From: Pseudomonadales bacterium
Lineage (GTDB): Bacteria > Pseudomonadota > Gammaproteobacteria > Pseudomonadales > UBA3067
Reading direction: 5' to 3'
Assembly: GCA_040235475.1 (NCBI GenBank)
Contig: JBECKY010000031.1
Span: 3,293 to 67,292 of the forward strand
DNA: 64,000 nucleotides
A model generated the notes under the pieces. The model was not told where the DNA came from. It did not search any database and saw only the letters and a program-made list of their open reading frames with translations. Position 1 is the first letter of the stretch. The number at the start of each line of letters is the position of its first letter. Of the stretch, positions 59,077-64,000 are shown piece by piece. A program made the translations under genes and the position numbers.

Positions 59077-60603
59077 TTAAATCACCTCCATGATTTTCAA
59101 AGCAGCAAAGCCAAAATAAACAATTAAAAACAAACAAAAAACACCAGCAATGACAGAAAAATCTTTTTTCATTGTTAACGCTTCCGCAGGATTTGTTACT
59201 TTTGGTATGCTGGTTAAGACCGGAGCATCAACAAACTCACTTAATGAATACCTATAACGAATACGTTGATCAAACATGATCATGGCATAAATCAAGCCTA
59301 AAGGAATTATCATTCCCGCCAACGGCGCGGCTAACCAAAAATGCATAACGCTTGCACCAGAGGGCTTTTGCGGAATAGTTGCGGGACTGATAATCTTGAA
59401 GTTTGCACCCTTTTGATCAATCTCAATATTCATCGACACGCGAGCATTCTCTCTTCTCATCAACAAATCCTGATAAATGTCTTTGTTAACGTTATAATCT
59501 CGAGTCAGCTCAGACAGTTCGGCTTCATTTTCATGTATTCGTTCTGAGCGAGACTTTTGCTCAGCCAATAAATCTTCCAGCCTTCGAATGCGAACTTTTT
59601 GTGCCTCGATACTGGATTCAACCTTGGAAATTTCACTTCTTATTTGCTGCAATAAAATATTGTCAGTGTTGCTGATATTGCTACGTCCAGAGGCTTGGGG
59701 AGACTCCACACCACTTTCCACAGCGGCCATCTGTTTTTCAAGTTCACCGATCTGAACCTTAATGCTGACAATATCAGGATAGGAATCATGATAACTTAAA
59801 CGTAGATTATCCAGAGTTTTCTCTAATTCTATAACCCTTTTCTTAAGGTTGTTTTTCAATTCCTGGACTCTACTTTCAGTGCTTTCACCATCCAATTGTT
59901 GTTTTAGCGATTTCCTTTTAAACTGATTTTCAGAGAGCTCTATCCGAGCAGCTTCCAACTGTTGCTCCAAATTAGAAATCCGGGATCCTACACCGCCAAT
60001 AGTACCTTCAAATTTTTCAGTTTTAAAAACCCTAAGCCTTTCTTCAGATGCTTTTAATTTCGAATGGTAATTATTAACCTGATCACTTATAAAATCAAAA
60101 GCCTCACGGCTTTTTTGCCGACTCTCTTCTTGGTGTAACAAAATAAATGCTTCAACCAGGTTTTGAGTGACCTCGAAAGCTCGACGAGGGTCTGTATCTT
60201 CATAGGAAAAAAGCAACGAATTTTTTCCGAGTCCAGATACCCTGGTATTATGCTTTACCTGCTTAATAAACTTTTCCACATTGCTTGAATCAATTACACC
60301 TTCAACGTTCCAGTCTGTTTTGTTAACAACATCAAGCAGCACTTCCCTGACTAAAATCTTTTCTTTAGCATCTCGAACCCAGTCTTTAGAACTCGCCAGT
60401 ACCGCACGTTCTTTCATTAACGGCGTCATTACCGAGTCTGTCTCTAAGAGTAAAGTAGCTGAAGAAATATATTTTTTGGGCTTTAATGCACCTGCAGTCA
60501 AAACGAGAACAACAGTTAAAAGAAACACAAAGGAAAGCTGCTTTTTATATCGCCATGCTTCTCTTACGGTGATAACAAACTGCTCATAAGGAGGTATATT
60601 CAA
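59077..60603 (-). CDS. Polysaccharide chain-length determinant (Wzz/PCP family, EpsF-like)
   Basis: 508 aa with an N-terminal transmembrane helix, a long coiled-coil periplasmic region, FKIISPATIPQKPSG, and a C-terminal transmembrane helix. Confidence 0.8.
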   Translation of the reverse strand: MNIPPYEQFVITVREAWRYKKQLSFVFLLTVVLVLTAGALKPKKYISSATLLLETDSVMTPLMKERAVLASSKDWVRDAKEKILVREVLLDVVNKTDWNVEGVIDSSNVEKFIKQVKHNTRVSGLGKNSLLFSYEDTDPRRAFEVTQNLVEAFILLHQEESRQKSREAFDFISDQVNNYHSKLKASEERLRVFKTEKFEGTIGGVGSRISNLEQQLEAARIELSENQFKRKSLKQQLDGESTESRVQELKNNLKKRVIELEKTLDNLRLSYHDSYPDIVSIKVQIGELEKQMAAVESGVESPQASGRSNISNTDNILLQQIRSEISKVESSIEAQKVRIRRLEDLLAEQKSRSERIHENEAELSELTRDYNVNKDIYQDLLMRRENARVSMNIEIDQKGANFKIISPATIPQKPSGASVMHFWLAAPLAGMIIPLGLIYAMIMFDQRIRYRYSLSEFVDAPVLTSIPKVTNPAEALTMKKDFSVIAGVFCLFLIVYFGFAALKIMEVI

Positions 60604-60669
60604 GTTAAGTTCTCAGTATTGCATTCCCGTTTCACTAACTATTGATTTAACAATATAAACATGTCGCTT

Positions 60670-61326
60670 TTATAACAGCCTTTCAGGGATTGTAATAATA
60701 TCGCCTGGCTGCAAACTAAAATTTGTATCGAGCTTGCCTTTATTTAAAATATCTTTTACTTTTAGTTTGTATATCTTTGTTTCCTGTCCTTGCCTACGAA
60801 ATAGTTTTGATTTGTTTGGTGAGGCAAATTCCGTTAAACCACCAGCCACAAGCACGACATCAAGAACCGTCATGCCCGGCCTGAAAGGCAAGGACATGGG
60901 ATTACGCACTGCCCCGGTAACTCTCACCCTGGATAGATATTCAGTACTATTTACCTTGGCAACAATAACTGTAACACGTGGATCCCTGATAAATTCAGCC
61001 AATTTTACCGTAATCCCTGCGGCAAGTGCTTCAGGTGTTAAGCCACCGGCACTGATATCATCAACCAGAGGGGAGGATATTTTACCGTCTGGACGCACCG
61101 GTACTGTTACGGATAAATCAGCGTTCTTCCAAACAGATATGTTAAGCACATCACCAGGTCCAATGATGTAATTTTTTTCACTGACAGCCTCTTTAATGTC
61201 ATTCACTTTGTTATCGGACAATACCCGTTGCCCATGACTACCTGCCAGGGCAAAACCAGAAGCCACTGAAAGCAGCATAGCCACAATAAAAATCAAAGAG
61301 TTATAAACTTTTTTAGACAAATTCAC
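60670..61326 (-). CDS. Polysaccharide export protein (Wza-like, EpsE-like)
   Basis: 218 aa with a signal peptide, the Poly_export motif YIIGPGDVLNISVW and an SLBB-like C-terminal half (LQPGDIITIP). Confidence 0.85.
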   Translation of the reverse strand: MNLSKKVYNSLIFIVAMLLSVASGFALAGSHGQRVLSDNKVNDIKEAVSEKNYIIGPGDVLNISVWKNADLSVTVPVRPDGKISSPLVDDISAGGLTPEALAAGITVKLAEFIRDPRVTVIVAKVNSTEYLSRVRVTGAVRNPMSLPFRPGMTVLDVVLVAGGLTEFASPNKSKLFRRQGQETKIYKLKVKDILNKGKLDTNFSLQPGDIITIPERLL

Positions 61327-61714
61327 TACCTATTATTCCAAAGATAAATAATAAAAAAATTATAGCCAATTATAAACGCTTACAGATCAAGAAGACATCT
61401 AAAATTCAAAGCCAATCCGTTTAATTTTTAACCATTGCGCCGCCTATAACAATGCTCAGGTGTTGTCAGCTTCAAGACAAGCGTACAGCGCCAGAGTATC
61501 ATGAAAATCTTTTTTAAATCAATTAATTATAGCGATTCTTTAGCGAAATTTTCCCTTTTATTGTTTTGCTCCCCATAAATATGTAAATTCTGAGCGCAGG
61601 TATATTGTCCCAGCAGGCCTTTCTCGATACTATCCTTGCACGTATTAATCTAGCACCCACTTAAATAAGGGGCTGAACTAATTAATCATTGTCAAATAAT
61701 CGGGTTTTAATGTA

Positions 61715-64000
61715 ATGCGCTTTTGCCTAACAGCCAACCACAACGGCTATGCTATTTGTCTTAAAAAATCTATCAAGAACATTAACTTACTGCTGCTTTT
61801 AACAGGTGCTCTACTTGGACTGGCGGCTTGTGAGAAAAAAATAGCCGTAGATCCTGACTATGAAAACCTTAAAAGAGCGGATTCTTTCATTACCCAGGGT
61901 AACCTCTCAGCGGCCCGTATAGAGCTGTTAAATGCTCTACAAATAAACGCCAAGAACCCGAAAGCCTTTCTGCTCCTTGCAGACATCTACCAAATGCTCG
62001 GCCTATATAGACAAGCGGCCGAGGAATTACGTAGAGCACAATCCCTGAATCAGGATAGCTCCACCGCCATGCAATTAAAAATTCATCGCATGCTTGTCAT
62101 GGCTGGGGATAGCTCTGCCAAGGAAGATTTAAGCAAACTGCAAATGACTAAAGAAGAACAAACTCTGGAAAAGCAGGTTTTGTTGGGGCGTATTTATTTT
62201 ATTGACAACGAACTTGAAAAGGCAACACACCTGTTTAAGCAGGTTATCAATACCGAAAACCCATTCAGGGCTGAGGCTTATTTTGGCTTGGCGAACATCG
62301 CGCAAAAGACAGGCTCTATAGGTCAAGCCATTGCCCTGATGGATAAATCTTTAACTATTGACCCCAACAATACTGAAGCCCTCCTTGCCAGGGGACAACT
62401 CTATTTGCATACCGGAGAAAATGCGAAGGCAGAAGACTTTTACACCAAAGCAATGATGGGACTAAAGCAGCTGGATGTAATGACAGTGCAAAAGTACATT
62501 GCCTTGAGCGGTCTGGTTGAAGCGCTGAACAGGCAAAGCAAAACTGAACAGGCCATCCAATATTCTGAAATCTTGGCAAAATCGCGTCCAGGGAAACTGA
62601 AATCAAACTATGAAAACGCTTTAACAGCTTTGGCGTCAAAGGATATTGAAAAAGCCAGGGCCAGCCTTGAAAACATCCTGGAAATTGTGCCTCACCACCC
62701 ACAATCAAACTATATAGCTGGGATGATGGAAATCAAGGAAGGCGATTTGGAAAATGCGGAAAAACATTTATCCCGGGCGCTGGCCGGCGAGCCAGTTTCT
62801 GATCAAATCAGAACAGCATTGATCATTACCCGTTTAAAGCTAAAGCAATATGCCAACGCAGAAAAACTTATTACTGAGGCGCTCCATACCAGTCCTGACA
62901 GTCCGGTTTATTTATCATTAAGAGGCGCTTATTTCGCTGCCACTGGCGAGTTCCAAAAAGCAGAGAACTCATTTTTAACCGCCTTACAAAATGACAGCAG
63001 GTTTCTACCCGCTATAAGTGAACTGGCAAACCTTTATGCAAGCAACAACAAGCTTGAAGAGGCCGAAGAATACATTGATCGAGGTATAAAAATAGCCCCC
63101 GAAAATATTGAGCTGTTAATGACAAAGGTCAAGTACGCCTCCAAAAATAATACACTTACGCAGGTGAAAACACAGTTACTGAATTTACATCAATCACAAG
63201 CAAATTTAATTGCTCCACCGCTGGTTTTAGCGGCGGTTTATTTAAATGAAAAAAATCTCGACTTGGCAACCCGATACCTAGACAAAGCAACTGCCATTAA
63301 TTCAAAGCATCCCCTGCTTGCTAATCTTAAAAGCAATATTTCGATTACTAAAGCGATGAACTTTATCGCCGACAACAAGCCTGAAGAAGCCCTCCTTAGC
63401 CTTGACCAGGCCTTGCTTGATCAGCCAAAAAACCTGCGTGCACAAATTTTAAAAGCAGACCTGTTAACTAAGCAGGGCGATAGCAAAGCGGCTCTCGATA
63501 TTGGTAGAAATCTGCAGTCAAACCCAAAAACAAAATTAATCGGCTATGAACTGACAGGAAATATTTTAGCCCAGCAGGCCCAGTTCGAACAGGCAGTTGA
63601 AGCCTATACTCATGTCTGGCAATCAGAAAAAAATCCCGGCCTGGCTTTAAAAATATACCGCATAAAAAAAGAATACACTGATCAAGCAAAAGCATCCGAG
63701 CACTTGGAAAACTGGCTGCAAGAAGACCCTAAGAATTTCTACGCCATCACCAGCCTGGCCACGACCAGCAGTGAAAGCAAAGACTTTCATAAGGCAGCCA
63801 TGCTTTATGAAAAAGCCTTGGAAATCAGCAAAGACAATCCCATTTTGTTGAATAACCTGGCTTATGCATACGATGAGTTACAAGATTCGAAAGCCCTGCC
63901 AACAGCTGAGCAAGCCTATCGCCTGGCCCCCGAAAACGCAGCCATAGCTGATACCTATGGCTGGATATTAGTGAGGAACGAACTATTTGAAAAAGCTTTG
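61715..64000 (+). CDS. TPR-repeat lipoprotein of the PEP-CTERM system (PrsT-like); 3' end beyond the right edge
   Basis: Absent from the track because it is truncated. My translation from the ATG at 61715 is open for 762 codons to base 64000: MRFCLTANHNGYAICLKKSIKNINLLLLLTGALLGLAACEKK.. (lipobox LAAC), followed by many TPR-like units (e.g. AYFGLANIAQKTGSIGQAIALMDKSLTIDPNN). Divergent from the EPS export operon. Confidence 0.75.
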   Translation, partial: MRFCLTANHNGYAICLKKSIKNINLLLLLTGALLGLAACEKKIAVDPDYENLKRADSFITQGNLSAARIELLNALQINAKNPKAFLLLADIYQMLGLYRQAAEELRRAQSLNQDSSTAMQLKIHRMLVMAGDSSAKEDLSKLQMTKEEQTLEKQVLLGRIYFIDNELEKATHLFKQVINTENPFRAEAYFGLANIAQKTGSIGQAIALMDKSLTIDPNNTEALLARGQLYLHTGENAKAEDFYTKAMMGLKQLDVMTVQKYIALSGLVEALNRQSKTEQAIQYSEILAKSRPGKLKSNYENALTALASKDIEKARASLENILEIVPHHPQSNYIAGMMEIKEGDLENAEKHLSRALAGEPVSDQIRTALIITRLKLKQYANAEKLITEALHTSPDSPVYLSLRGAYFAATGEFQKAENSFLTALQNDSRFLPAISELANLYASNNKLEEAEEYIDRGIKIAPENIELLMTKVKYASKNNTLTQVKTQLLNLHQSQANLIAPPLVLAAVYLNEKNLDLATRYLDKATAINSKHPLLANLKSNISITKAMNFIADNKPEEALLSLDQALLDQPKNLRAQILKADLLTKQGDSKAALDIGRNLQSNPKTKLIGYELTGNILAQQAQFEQAVEAYTHVWQSEKNPGLALKIYRIKKEYTDQAKASEHLENWLQEDPKNFYAITSLATTSSESKDFHKAAMLYEKALEISKDNPILLNNLAYAYDELQDSKALPTAEQAYRLAPENAAIADTYGWILVRNELFEKAL

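Noticed and set aside
61327-61714. Search for a sigma-54 promoter (TGGCAC-N5-TTGC) or a recognisable enhancer box in the divergent EPS/prsT intergenic region, and likewise at 601-914 upstream of pmoC
   Set aside because: I found no match with the correct GG/GC spacing on either strand. Only AT-rich sequence with weak sigma-70-like hexamers is present, so no promoter is annotated.
62129-63695. Three minus-strand ORFs (62129-62326, 62355-62708, 63468-63695) listed in the track
   Set aside because: They lie inside a 762-codon uninterrupted plus-strand frame encoding a lipobox plus TPR repeats (PrsT-like). That frame is absent from the track only because it lacks a stop within the window.
1-64000. 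Scan for CRISPR arrays, IS elements or transposases, integrases, phage genes, toxin-antitoxin pairs and known defence-system genes
   Set aside because: No spaced direct-repeat array, terminal inverted repeats, or recombinase or nuclease-type ORFs were seen. The only repeats are the short tandem ones listed as features.

Overview
This window looks like a chromosomal segment from a marine or environmental gammaproteobacterium. No rRNA, tRNA, CRISPR array, transposase, integrase or phage gene was recognised. About 56 protein genes are supported. From roughly 3 to 36 kb the genes are housekeeping, in an order resembling Pseudomonas and Methylococcales: gpsA-sixA, topA, slt, nagZ-hpt-mtnP, metZ-purF-cvpA-SPOR-folC, trpFBA, truA, fimV, asd, leuCDB and a divergent LysR regulator. 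Four regions stand out. (1) At the left edge, the first 200 codons of a divergent copper membrane monooxygenase subunit C gene (PmoC/AmoC family) are visible. The gene is missing from the ORF track because it is truncated, and two tandem alpha/beta-hydrolase paralogs sit just upstream of it. (2) At 40.4-48.8 kb there is a type II secretion operon, gspEFGHIJKLM, with no gspC or gspD. All four of its prepilin-type pseudopilins have unusually long leader peptides. (3) At 49.2-54.5 kb lie galE, an EntD/Sfp-type phosphopantetheinyl transferase closely followed by a DHH/DHHA1 phosphoesterase, and a 750-aa lipoprotein with four cysteine-paired repeats and an FN3-like tail. (4) At 54.5-64 kb there is an AT-richer exopolysaccharide locus of the PEP-CTERM/exosortase type. 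It encodes a Wza-like exporter, a Wzz-like chain-length protein, a kinase-like ATPase with a degenerate Walker A, an outer-membrane barrel, a deacetylase and a priming transferase, with a divergent PrsT-like TPR lipoprotein that runs off the right edge. I do not see a clearly new multi-gene system. The best leads are the edge monooxygenase gene, the PPTase-DHH pair, the long pseudopilin leaders and the degenerate kinase. Family assignments come from motifs I read in the translations, not from database searches.
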